Source: Candidatus Dormiibacterota bacterium
GTDB taxonomy: Bacteria > Chloroflexota > Dormibacteria > Aeolococcales > Aeolococcaceae
DNA length: 64,000 bases
Direction: 5' to 3'
Assembly (NCBI GenBank): GCA_963848445.1
Contig: CAWKDT010000001.1
Span: 842,667-906,666, forward strand
Shown here: positions 1 through 9,113 of the stretch, piece by piece
Layout of the letters: every line of letters starts with the position of its first letter
Position numbering within the stretch: position 1 is the stretch's first letter
The notes under the pieces: model-generated
The model's input: the letters and a program-made list of their open reading frames with translations, nothing else
Database searches by the model: none
What the model was told of the DNA's origin: nothing
Translations under genes and position numbers: made by a program

Positions 1-181
1 GCCGGCGCTGAAGCACCGTTGCGATCCTGTCCGCGAGCGCAGGACGCGCGAGAAACCCCGACGGACGCGCCGGCGGCAGGATCTTCGCGATCGATGTGCG
101 TTCCACGGATGGACCTGGGGGTCGAAGGAGCGTAGCCCTTCGGGATACCGTCCGCGCCTGGCCCCCGCTCGCCGGAGGCTG

Positions 182-766
182 CTACCGCCTCGGGAAGCCC
201 TGCACCGACGACGTCGGCGGTGGCGACGGTGGCGTGCTCGGAGGCAACCCTGCCACCGTGGTGATCTGCGAGTGTCCGCGGCCCTTCCCACGAGGGACGC
301 CGCGATGGAAGGCGGCCCGGAGCAGGATCGGCACCGCTGCCGCCAGCACCCCCGTGAAGAAGGTGAGTCCGTTGGGGAGATCCGCCTTGTTCGAGAGCCC
401 CAGGTAGCAGAAGAGCGCGGTGAGGAACGCCCCGCCGATGATCACCGCCATACCGACGACGAGCACGATCTCCTGATTGCGCTCGTGAACCAGCGCGTGG
501 TCCGGCCGGCGCTGCTGGAGCATCCGGTAGATGTTCAGCCCCGCCCAGGAGTTGAGCATCAGCCCACTCACGAAGGCGAGGATCGCAATTGCCAGACGAA
601 ACGAGTTGAGGTTCTTCTCTATGAAGATCGAAATGTTGACCACGATCAGGGCCGCAGGCGTGATGGCTCCGATGATCGGGATCGTCCAGCGCTTGAGAAA
701 TGCGCCGAGCCCACGGCGTTCTGGCTCGGGCACGTGGTTGACGGATCTGGAGCGGCCAAACGGCAT
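182..766 (-). CDS. hypothetical integral membrane protein (about 4 predicted TM helices, Pro/Ser-rich C-terminal tail)
   Basis: ORF-track translation shows hydrophobic helices (IIGAITPAALIVVNISIF, IAILAFVSGLMLNSWAGL, IVLVVGMAVIIGGAFLTALFCYLGL, FFTGVLAAAVPILL). No family recognised. Start and end uncertain. Confidence 0.4.
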   Translation of the reverse strand: MPFGRSRSVNHVPEPERRGLGAFLKRWTIPIIGAITPAALIVVNISIFIEKNLNSFRLAIAILAFVSGLMLNSWAGLNIYRMLQQRRPDHALVHERNQEIVLVVGMAVIIGGAFLTALFCYLGLSNKADLPNGLTFFTGVLAAAVPILLRAAFHRGVPRGKGRGHSQITTVAGLPPSTPPSPPPTSSVQGFPRR

Positions 767-903
767 GCCATAAGCGTACGGTTCCCAGGCCCTTGGGGAA
801 CACCCGATCCAGATGCCGGCCGAGATCGTTCGTCACGTGGCCGTTTCCGGACTGCGAGCGCTCGCCCGACTCGGCGGGCGCCATCGCCCCATAGGCTCGA
901 TCC

Positions 904-3390
904 ATGCGCGTGCGCGGGTCGGGCGGTCGCTTCATCGTCCGCAGGTTCGGCCTGCGTACGAGCCTGGCGGGCCGCCTGCTCGCGGGCGGGATCATCTTCA
1001 CCGCGATCCTGATCGCGGGCGTCAGCGGCTTCCTCCTGGTCAGCCGTTCCCAGCAGACCAACGCGGGCGCGCTCTCCAACGCCGACAACCGTGCGGGCGT
1101 CGCCGGACAGCTCATCACCCGGGTGATCCAGCCGCAGGCGCAGTTCGCGGCAACCGACGTCGCGTCGCTCACCTCACTGCAGCTCGCGCTGAGCGGCAAT
1201 GACCCTGCAACGCTGGTCGCCGACGAGTTCAGCCAGAAGCGGGTCGTCGATCTCCCCGGCCTTGCGGTTGTCATCCTCGACAGCCACGGCAGCGTGGTGT
1301 ACACGAGCGAGTGCGACACGTCGACGGGTGGTGCGACCGTCCACCCGCCCACCAAAACCTGCGAGCAGACGTCCGAACCGCACGTCACGGGCGGTCTCTC
1401 CTCGGTGAGCAACGCGCTCGCGGTCGCCTCGACCGCAGCCTGCGAGCAACCGGGCAAGGTCATCGCCGCGAGCGCGAGCCTCACCGCGCGCTGCCCTTCG
1501 GGGGTTGAGGGAGTCGAGCTGCTCCCGGGCGGGGTGCCCGCGTTCGACGTCGCGGTTCCGGTGCTCAACGTGCAGGCGGGTTCATACGCGCCGCTGGGGG
1601 TGGTCGTGTACAGCGCCTCGCTGCCGACGCAGTTCTCGCGCTTCGGGCCGGTGATCGGCTACACGCCGGTCTTCCTCGGCGTCGCATCCGGCTCGAAGGT
1701 GATCCGCTTTGCGGCGAAGGCGGGCACCGCCGTCACGGCAGCGGTACCGTCGAGCATCGAGGAGCAGCTCGCGGCGCACGGCTCGAGCGCGGCCGGCGCG
1801 ATCGCAGCGCACGCGATCTATGACGTCGCCGGAGTCGGGACGGTCGCCGGAAGCTTCGTCCCGCTCGCGGCACCGGGGGGCGCTCAGACGGCGGGCTACG
1901 TCGGCGTCGAGGTGCCGGTGTCGATCTTTGCGGCGGGGACGGCGCAGGACGAGGGGACCATCGCGGAGATCGCGTTCACCGCGCTCATCATCGTGTGCAT
2001 CCTCGTGCTGCTCTTCGTCGACCGCTTCGTCCGCCGGCCGGTCGCGCGGCTGGAGCACGGCGTCGAGCGGATCGCTGCCGGCGACTACGCCAGCGACATC
2101 CCCATCACGTCCCGCGACGAGCTGGGACGTCTCGCCGGCGGGGTGAACCGGATGCGTGAGCAGATCGCCGGCTACATCAAGCACATCGACGAATCCGTGA
2201 GCCACCTGCAGGAGGTGTCGCGAGCCCTGACGGCCACGACCGGCGGCATCGAGGAGCTCCAGGACGCGGTGCTCGGCGCTGCCGGCGCCATCGCCGGCGG
2301 GTCGGCGTGCGCGGCGCTGTACGCGAGGAACGGGGCCGACTTCGTCGCCGTGCGCAGCCGCGGGCCCGAGATGACGGGATTCGTCGACCAGATGCCGGTC
2401 GACGAGCTCGCTCAGGGAAGAGCCGTGCGCCTCGAGCTGGGCGAGCGACCCGCGATCGCGGTGCCGATGCTCTTCCAGGGAGCGCTCACGGCGGTCCTCG
2501 TCGTCGCGTCTGATGACCCGGTGGCCGAGGGCGACGAGAGCGCGCTCATCACGCTCGCGAACAATGCGGCGGTGGCCATTGAGAACACACGGACGCTCGA
2601 GCAGGAGCGCGAGGCTGTCCGCCGCCTCAGCGAGCTGAACCAGATGAAGAGCGACTTCCTCAACACCGCGCAACATGAGTTGCGCACCCCGGTCCTCGCC
2701 ATCCAGGGACAGATCGAGCTGCTCAACGTCGCATGGGACAAGTGGGATGACGCGACGCGTCTCGAGATCGTGCGCGACGTCGACATCTCGGTGCGGTTGC
2801 TGGGAGAAACCGTGGAGAACATCGTCGACTTCGCGCTCGTGAACTCCGACACCATCGATCTGCGCAAGGCGTCGGTCGATGTGGCCGAGGCGATCAACGA
2901 CGCGGCGAACGATGTGAGGCGCCATTTCAAGGACGGCCTTCCGCTGGAGCTCACGATCGATGTGCGCGGTTCACCGGCGGTCAACGCCGATCCGTTCCGA
3001 TTCCGTCAGGTGCTTCGCGCGCTCATCGACAACGCGGTCAAGTTCACGCCGGAAGGCGGTCATGTGACGGTGAGCGCCCGGCGCGAGAAGGGGGCCGGAG
3101 CGTGTCGCATCGAGGTCGTCGACGACGGCATCGGCATCAGCCCGGAGGCGATTCCGCGGCTGTTCGACCGCTTCTACCAGGAGGACAACAGCCGCACCCG
3201 GCGCTTCGGCGGACTGGGAATGGGCCTGTCCCTCGTGCGGCGTCTCTGCGAGGCGCACGACGCGACGGTGAAGGTGCAGAGCGATCGGCACAAGGGAAGT
3301 CGCTTCAGCATCCTCTGGCCGCTCGCGGACGTGAAGCCGGAACCGACGCCCAACATGCTGATCTTCGAACCGGTCTCCCGCGTGGGCTGA
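904..3390 (+). CDS. sensor histidine kinase: N-terminal TM, about 300-aa extracytoplasmic sensor domain, HAMP, GAF, HisKA, HATPase_c
   Basis: HisKA motif MKSDFLNTAQHELRTPVLAIQGQIELL. HATPase motifs VIDNAVKFTPEGG, VVDDGIGI, GGLGMGLSLVRRL. HAMP-like LEHGVERIAAGDYASDIPITSRDELGRLAGGVNRMREQI. No adjacent response regulator. Confidence 0.85.
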   Translation: MRVRGSGGRFIVRRFGLRTSLAGRLLAGGIIFTAILIAGVSGFLLVSRSQQTNAGALSNADNRAGVAGQLITRVIQPQAQFAATDVASLTSLQLALSGNDPATLVADEFSQKRVVDLPGLAVVILDSHGSVVYTSECDTSTGGATVHPPTKTCEQTSEPHVTGGLSSVSNALAVASTAACEQPGKVIAASASLTARCPSGVEGVELLPGGVPAFDVAVPVLNVQAGSYAPLGVVVYSASLPTQFSRFGPVIGYTPVFLGVASGSKVIRFAAKAGTAVTAAVPSSIEEQLAAHGSSAAGAIAAHAIYDVAGVGTVAGSFVPLAAPGGAQTAGYVGVEVPVSIFAAGTAQDEGTIAEIAFTALIIVCILVLLFVDRFVRRPVARLEHGVERIAAGDYASDIPITSRDELGRLAGGVNRMREQIAGYIKHIDESVSHLQEVSRALTATTGGIEELQDAVLGAAGAIAGGSACAALYARNGADFVAVRSRGPEMTGFVDQMPVDELAQGRAVRLELGERPAIAVPMLFQGALTAVLVVASDDPVAEGDESALITLANNAAVAIENTRTLEQEREAVRRLSELNQMKSDFLNTAQHELRTPVLAIQGQIELLNVAWDKWDDATRLEIVRDVDISVRLLGETVENIVDFALVNSDTIDLRKASVDVAEAINDAANDVRRHFKDGLPLELTIDVRGSPAVNADPFRFRQVLRALIDNAVKFTPEGGHVTVSARREKGAGACRIEVVDDGIGISPEAIPRLFDRFYQEDNSRTRRFGGLGMGLSLVRRLCEAHDATVKVQSDRHKGSRFSILWPLADVKPEPTPNMLIFEPVSRVG

Positions 3391-3399
3391 ACGCCGGCC

Positions 3400-6300
3400 T
3401 CAGCGCGCGGCGAACGATGAGAACGCGGCAGCCGCACTCACCGCCGGGAGTCCATCCTGGAACACGACGTTGTTGGTCCGCACCGACGTGATGCGCGGCC
3501 CGGGGAGCAGGATGCCCGCGAGGTTCAGCGGATCGGTCGCGGAGATGCGGACCAGCTCGGACGAACGCTCCCGGCGTCGCACGCCGCGCAGCTGATCGAC
3601 CGCCTCGGCCAGCGCGTACTGCTCGCCGGCGAATCCGGTGACGAAGCGCCCACCGCGCGCGGTGCCCCGCGCCTCCATGCGGCGCAGCGCCCAGACCACG
3701 TCACGCCAGGGCAGCGCGATCGTCTCCCGCGCGACGACGTCGCGGAACACGACTCCCCACCGCACCAGGAGCTGCTCGGCAACCGCTTCGGCAAGGGCGT
3801 CTCGATCCGGCGTGTGCAGCACCCGGGGAACGAGCGACCAGCGTCCCTCGCCCGACGCGTATCCGCTCACCCCGTGTCGCAGTCCACGGTGGCTCGGACG
3901 TGAGCGGCCGAGGCGGCGGCTCACCAGGAGACGCCGCACGGCGCTGAAGCCGTCGGCGGTGAGCAGGCCGCGAGCGACGCCGTCCCAGAGCGCGGTCTCG
4001 ACCTCGCTGGGGAGCCGGCGGGTGAGCGTGACGATGTCGCTCGTGAAGAGCGCACCGTGCTCGCGCAGCGCCGCGAGCACGTCGAGTGTCGCGCCGGACA
4101 CGGGCTCGAGCGGCTGCGCGTCGCCACGCACAGACTGGAGCAGCCAGGGAAGATCCGAGCGCATCACCAGCGTCACCGGGGTGGCGCGCGACGCGGTCGC
4201 GCTGCTGCGCTGCGACGCCCCCGGGTCGGCGTCCTCGCGGACCCGCAGGCGACCCCAGGCGACCTCGCCCGACATGCAGAGCTCGTCGAGCCAGGCGCTG
4301 CGATACCCGGTGACGCGGCTGGGCAGGATCAACTCCTCCCACACCGCGGCGGGAATCTCGAACCCCTGGAGCTGCGCGACGGTGGCGGCGACGCCCGCGC
4401 GCCCCTCCCGCTGCGTCCCCGGAGCGACGCGCTGCCAGCGCAGCAGAAAGCGCATGAAGTCCTGCGCGCTGACCGGCTCGATCTCCTGACGCAGGCGCTG
4501 CTGCGTGTAGCTGTGAATGCGCGCGAGCAGGCGGCGCGCACACCACTGCTCGTCGTCGATCCCCGGATCGAAATGACCGCGAATCGCAAATCCCTCACCC
4601 TCGAGCATCGCGAGACCGACGGCGATCTCGGTCGCGCCCAGCCCGGTGATCTGCGCGAGGTCGCCGGTGGCCAGGGGTCCGCTCACCTCGAGACGGCCGC
4701 GGAGGATGGACGTGACCACCGCATCGTGCTCGGACGGCGCCGCCGACAGCGACGGCGGCAACGCGCGCGGGCGCGGCTCCAGCGTCGCGTGCGGCCACAG
4801 CACGGCGACGCTCGGCACGCGTTCCGCCGCGCACCAGAAGGAGTCCGTGCCGCTGGTGACCGTCAGCGCCCTGCCGCGCCCCACGAGCTCATCGAACCAC
4901 TCACGCCATGCCGCAACCGGCCGCGTCATCACGAGCGACACCAGCAGGTCGTGCAGCTCGTCCTGATCGCGTGGCTCGGGGCTTGCCTCCCCGCGCACGC
5001 GAGCGATGGCATCCGGGTCGAGCGCGGCGAGGTCGCGCGCCTCCACCGGAAGACCACGTCGCAGCGTGATCGCCCGGCTCCGCCGCTCCTCGAGCGGCGC
5101 ATCGTCGAGGAACGTGTACGGACGTCCGTTGACGATCTCGTGCGCCAGCGGTGAGGGCTCGACCGTGTCCTTGTACGTGATGGTCACGACTCCCTGCTCG
5201 AGGCGCACGACGAGCTCGCGGAGCGAGTCGACGTCCATCACCTCGTGCAGGCAGTCGTACATCGTCTGGTTGACGAGCGGATGGTCGGGGGGTTCGACCG
5301 GTCCCGTCGGGTTCTCGTTCTGACAGGCGACGAGCTGCGGAAAGATCGCCGCCATGATGTCGTCGGACTCGAGCCGCTGGATCGGCGCGGGATGCTTGCG
5401 GCCTCCCTTGAACCGGAGCACCGTGAGCGCCCGGTTGAGATTCCACCGCCAGCGCACCGCCCACATCGGCGCGAAGATCGCCGCCTTGCGGAGCACCTCC
5501 TCCACCGTGTTGGACGACAGGAACTTGGGAATGTCCTCGAGCGGGAAGCTGTGCTGCGGGCCGAGCGACAGCAGCACGCAGTCGTCGCTTGCGGCGGCCT
5601 GCAGCTCGAAATCGAAGGTCGCGCAGAACCGCTTCCGCAATGCCAGACCGAGCGCACGATTCACGCGGCCGCCGAAGGGCGCGTGTACGACCAGCTGCAT
5701 CCCGCCGCTGTCATCGAAGAAGCGCTCCAGGACGATGTGCTCGAGCGTCGGGACCACACCGAGCGCGGTGCGCCCGGCCGCCAGGTACCGGACCACCATC
5801 GCGGCGACGTCGTTGTCGACACCCGTGCGCTGCTCCACCCACGTGATCGCCTCGTCGGCGCCGCCCTCCGCGAGCAGCGCGTCGACCCCGCTGCGCAGCT
5901 CGGACACCTCGCGCGAGAGCTCCTCGGTGCGGGCCGGCGCCTCGCCAAGCCAGAACGGGACCGACGGCGGGGCGCCGTGGGCATCCACCACGCGCACGGT
6001 CCCGGCGACCACGCGCCGGATCTTCCACGAGGTGCTGCCGAGCAGGAAGATGTCGCCCGCCGATGACTCGATCGCCCAGTCCTCGTTGACCGTGCCGATG
6101 AACGTGTCGTCGGGTTCGGCGATCACCCTGTAGTCACCTGTCTCGGGGATCGCGCCACCAGACGTCAGCGCCGCGAGCCGCGCGCCTCGGCGCGCCCGCA
6201 CCTCTCCGTTGATCTGATCGCGGTGGAGATATGCGGCGACCCGGCCGCGGCCGGTGGGGATGCCCTCGGCCACGAGCTCGATGATCCGGTCGAAGTCCTC

Positions 6301-7659
6301 GCGGGTCAGGTCCGCGAAGGGCGCCGCCCTCCGCATCAGCTGGTAGAGGTCGTCCTCCTTCCAGCTCTCCGCGGCGCATTCGGCGACGATCTGCTGCGCG
6401 AGGATGTCCAGCGGCAGCACCGGCGGATGCACCGCATCGAGCGCGCCGCTTCGCACACCGGCGAGCAGCGCGGTGCACTCGACGAGCTCGTCCCGGGTCA
6501 TCGGGTAGAGACGGCCCTTGGGAGTCCCGCCGCGGCTGTGCCCTGAACGGCCAACTCGCTGCAGGAAGGTGGCGATGCTGCGCGGCGAGGCGATCTGACA
6601 CACCATCTCGATCGGGCCGATGTCGATGCCGAGCTCGAGCGATGCGGTCGCGACGAGCGCGCGCAGCTCGCCGGCACGAAGCTGTGACTCGACACGCTGC
6701 CGTCGCTCTTTCGACAGACTGCCGTGGTGGGCCGCGACTGCGTCATCACCGAGCCGCTCGGCGAGCAGATGGGCGACACGCTCGGCCATGCGGCGCGTGT
6801 TGACGAACACCAGCGTCGTACGGTGCGCGCGCACGTGCGCGGCGATGGCGTCGAGCACCTCGCCCAGCTGCTCGCGAGATGCCACCGCCTCGAGCTCCCC
6901 CGACGGCAGCTCGATGCCGACGTCGAGCGCGCGCCGATGGCCGACATCGACGATGGCGCAGCGCGGCGTTCCGTCTGCACGGCTGCGCCCCTCCCCCGCG
7001 CCGACCAGCAACCGCGCGACCGTCTCGATCGGGCGCTGCGTCGCCGACAGCCCGATACGGACCGGGCGTCTCGCGCAGAGCCGCTCGAGGCGCTCGAGCG
7101 AGATCGCGAGGTGTGCGCCGCGCTTGTCGCGCGCAACGGCGTGAATCTCGTCGACGATGATCGTCGTGACTGCGCTCAGGGCGGCCCGGCTGCGCTGCGC
7201 GGTCACCAGGAGATACAGCGACTCCGGCGTCGTCACGAGGAAGTTGGGTGGCCGCTTGATCATCGCGGCGCGCATCGAGGGGGTGGTGTCGCCGGTCCGC
7301 ACCTCGGCGCGGAGGTTCGGCAATGTCAACCCCATCGCCGCACCGATCTCGGCGATCTCGCGCAGGGGAACCTCGAGGTTCTGGTGCACGTCGACCGCGA
7401 GCGCTTTCAACGGCGACACATACACGACCTGCGTGACACCCTCGATGTCCTCGCCGCGCTCCGCGGCCCGATACAGCGCGTCGATGCACACGAGGAACCC
7501 GGCGAGCGTCTTGCCGGAACCCGTCGGCGCGGCGATGAGCGTGTCGTTCCCGGCGGCGATCTGCGGCCAGCCCTCGGATTGCGCCGGCGTCGGCCCCTCC
7601 GGGAAGCGCTGCTCGAACCAGGCTCTGACCGCGGGATGAAAGGCGCTCATGTCGCTCAT
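3400..7659 (-). CDS. lhr: Lhr-family large ATP-dependent DNA helicase (DEAD/DEAH superfamily 2, about 1420 aa)
   Basis: Walker A LIAAPTGSGKTLAGF, DEIH box IIVDEIHAVARDKRGAHL, helicase C motifs. Total length about 1430 aa, typical of actinobacterial Lhr. Start chosen at MSDMSAFHPAVRAWF by homology to Lhr N-termini; the track ORF begins 17 codons further upstream. Confidence 0.85.
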   Translation of the reverse strand: MSDMSAFHPAVRAWFEQRFPEGPTPAQSEGWPQIAAGNDTLIAAPTGSGKTLAGFLVCIDALYRAAERGEDIEGVTQVVYVSPLKALAVDVHQNLEVPLREIAEIGAAMGLTLPNLRAEVRTGDTTPSMRAAMIKRPPNFLVTTPESLYLLVTAQRSRAALSAVTTIIVDEIHAVARDKRGAHLAISLERLERLCARRPVRIGLSATQRPIETVARLLVGAGEGRSRADGTPRCAIVDVGHRRALDVGIELPSGELEAVASREQLGEVLDAIAAHVRAHRTTLVFVNTRRMAERVAHLLAERLGDDAVAAHHGSLSKERRQRVESQLRAGELRALVATASLELGIDIGPIEMVCQIASPRSIATFLQRVGRSGHSRGGTPKGRLYPMTRDELVECTALLAGVRSGALDAVHPPVLPLDILAQQIVAECAAESWKEDDLYQLMRRAAPFADLTREDFDRIIELVAEGIPTGRGRVAAYLHRDQINGEVRARRGARLAALTSGGAIPETGDYRVIAEPDDTFIGTVNEDWAIESSAGDIFLLGSTSWKIRRVVAGTVRVVDAHGAPPSVPFWLGEAPARTEELSREVSELRSGVDALLAEGGADEAITWVEQRTGVDNDVAAMVVRYLAAGRTALGVVPTLEHIVLERFFDDSGGMQLVVHAPFGGRVNRALGLALRKRFCATFDFELQAAASDDCVLLSLGPQHSFPLEDIPKFLSSNTVEEVLRKAAIFAPMWAVRWRWNLNRALTVLRFKGGRKHPAPIQRLESDDIMAAIFPQLVACQNENPTGPVEPPDHPLVNQTMYDCLHEVMDVDSLRELVVRLEQGVVTITYKDTVEPSPLAHEIVNGRPYTFLDDAPLEERRSRAITLRRGLPVEARDLAALDPDAIARVRGEASPEPRDQDELHDLLVSLVMTRPVAAWREWFDELVGRGRALTVTSGTDSFWCAAERVPSVAVLWPHATLEPRPRALPPSLSAAPSEHDAVVTSILRGRLEVSGPLATGDLAQITGLGATEIAVGLAMLEGEGFAIRGHFDPGIDDEQWCARRLLARIHSYTQQRLRQEIEPVSAQDFMRFLLRWQRVAPGTQREGRAGVAATVAQLQGFEIPAAVWEELILPSRVTGYRSAWLDELCMSGEVAWGRLRVREDADPGASQRSSATASRATPVTLVMRSDLPWLLQSVRGDAQPLEPVSGATLDVLAALREHGALFTSDIVTLTRRLPSEVETALWDGVARGLLTADGFSAVRRLLVSRRLGRSRPSHRGLRHGVSGYASGEGRWSLVPRVLHTPDRDALAEAVAEQLLVRWGVVFRDVVARETIALPWRDVVWALRRMEARGTARGGRFVTGFAGEQYALAEAVDQLRGVRRRERSSELVRISATDPLNLAGILLPGPRITSVRTNNVVFQDGLPAVSAAAAFSSFAAR

Positions 7660-7845
7660 CGGGACCTTAGATCCTATCACCAACCGAACAGATGTTCTGT
7701 CACTGTCCACCCTCGCGGGTTGCTGGTGACCGCATCGTCCTCGCCGCTCTCCCCTCGCCGCTGCGACGATCCTCGCGGTGAGGGCGAGGACGACGCTCGC
7801 ACCTCAAAGGGTAGAAACCAAGAATGGTGATGGTAGACTTCTTCC

Positions 7846-8109
7846 ATGGGATTGAACATCAAGAACGAGGAGACTGAGCGTTCGGCCCGACAACTCGCCG
7901 CGGCGACAGGTGAGAGCCTGACGAAGGCGATCAGCGTCGCCGTCAGTGAACGGCTCAGTCGGCTACATGGGCACGACGATGCCGGCGCCGCAGAGCGGAT
8001 CAGCCGCCTGCGAGCGGTCGCGGCAGACGCTGCCAACCGATGGATCGAGCCGTACCGGAGCAGCGACCACGGCGACCTGTTGTATGACGACGCCGGGCTT
8101 CCGCGTTGA
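7846..8109 (+). CDS. vapB: type II antitoxin VapB-like
   Basis: 87-aa ORF immediately upstream of a PIN-domain gene, overlapping it by 4 nt (ATGA). Sequence resembles actinobacterial VapB antitoxins. Confidence 0.7.
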   Translation: MGLNIKNEETERSARQLAAATGESLTKAISVAVSERLSRLHGHDDAGAAERISRLRAVAADAANRWIEPYRSSDHGDLLYDDAGLPR

Positions 8110-8504
8110 TCATCGATACGTCGGCGGTGATCGCCGTCCTCCGTGGCGAGCCGGACGCTGATCGGTACATAGAGGCTCTCGGCCGAGCGGCTGCTCCTGC
8201 GATCTCCGCGGGGACATACCTCGAGACGGGGATCGTCGTCGACGCGAACCGGGATCCAGTGCTGAGCGGACGGTTGGACGATCTGATGACGATCGCGCGC
8301 ATCCGAGTTGCGCCCGTGACTGAGCGGCAGGCGGTGATCGCGCGCCACGCGTATCGGAATTTCGGAAGAGGGAGCGGGCACCCCGCCGGCCTCAACTTCG
8401 GTGACTGCTTCGCTTACGCGCTGTCCCGCGACAGCGGTGAACCCCTGCTCTTCAAGGGTGACGATCTCGCCGAGACGGACGTCGCGTCCGCACTGGACGC
8501 CTGA
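8106..8504 (+). CDS. vapC: type II toxin VapC, PIN-domain ribonuclease
   Basis: MIIDTSAVIAVL (first acidic residue). Conserved GDCFAYALS motif and further acidic residues typical of PIN/VapC. Confidence 0.8.
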   Translation: MIIDTSAVIAVLRGEPDADRYIEALGRAAAPAISAGTYLETGIVVDANRDPVLSGRLDDLMTIARIRVAPVTERQAVIARHAYRNFGRGSGHPAGLNFGDCFAYALSRDSGEPLLFKGDDLAETDVASALDA

Positions 8505-8575
8505 CACCAGCGTCGACGCGAACTGCTGCACGCGCAGACGCGCTTCGAGATCACGCCACCGGCTTGCCACTGGCG

Positions 8576-8949
8576 TGGTGGAGGCGCCGGGGATCGAACC
8601 CGGGTCCGAAGCCGCGTTCCATGCGACATCTACGAGCGTAGTCCCGGTTTTGTTCTCACCAGATCCGCGCCCTGGGACCAGGCTCGGATCCGGCCAGCCT
8701 CGGTGAATGTCCCGCCCGGCGCCGAGGCGCCACCGGGCGGCGAGGCTGCTTGCATTAACGTCGGATCCGGTTCCCACAGCCGAAGAACCGGTCGACGTCA
8801 GGCCGAAGCCTGAGCTTTTTCGTCTCTGCTACTTACGCAGCGAGGGCGAGAGGTGCGTTATTCGCACGTATATTTTTCCCGGTTTTACGAGCCCGGGGCT
8901 CGGCCCGCATTCGCACGACCCACGACCCCGTCGAAACCAGTACGCCCCC
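8576..8949 (-). ncRNA. ssrA: tmRNA (transfer-messenger RNA, SsrA)
   Basis: On the minus strand the 5' end reads GGGGGCGTACTGGTTTCGACGGGG. The 3' end reads GGGTTCGATCCCCGGCGCCTCCACCA (T-arm, acceptor stem and CCA). The internal tag frame GCG AAT AAC GCA CCT CTC GCC CTC GCT GCG TAA encodes ANNAPLALAA followed by a stop. Ends approximate. Confidence 0.85.
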
Positions 8950-9113
8950 ATGGGAACGCAGCGATCCGAGATCAGCGTGCCGTTCCATGATACCCGGTTT
9001 CGTGGAGCACCGAGAACCCCACGTGATGCCAGGACCGCATTCGGAGACTGCTTGGTAGGCTTGGACGATGCTCATGGGACATGCGCGTGCGCGGATGCGC
9101 TCGCCCGCACGTG

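Noticed and set aside
8504-8576. Possible additional tRNA gene next to tmRNA
   Set aside because: The GGTTCGATCC T-loop and CCA end here belong to the tRNA-like domain of tmRNA itself. No separate cloverleaf is encoded.
7677-8777. A 366-aa minus-strand ORF covering vapBC and the tmRNA gene
   Set aside because: It overlaps a clear vapBC pair on the opposite strand and runs through the tmRNA gene. No homology. Spurious.
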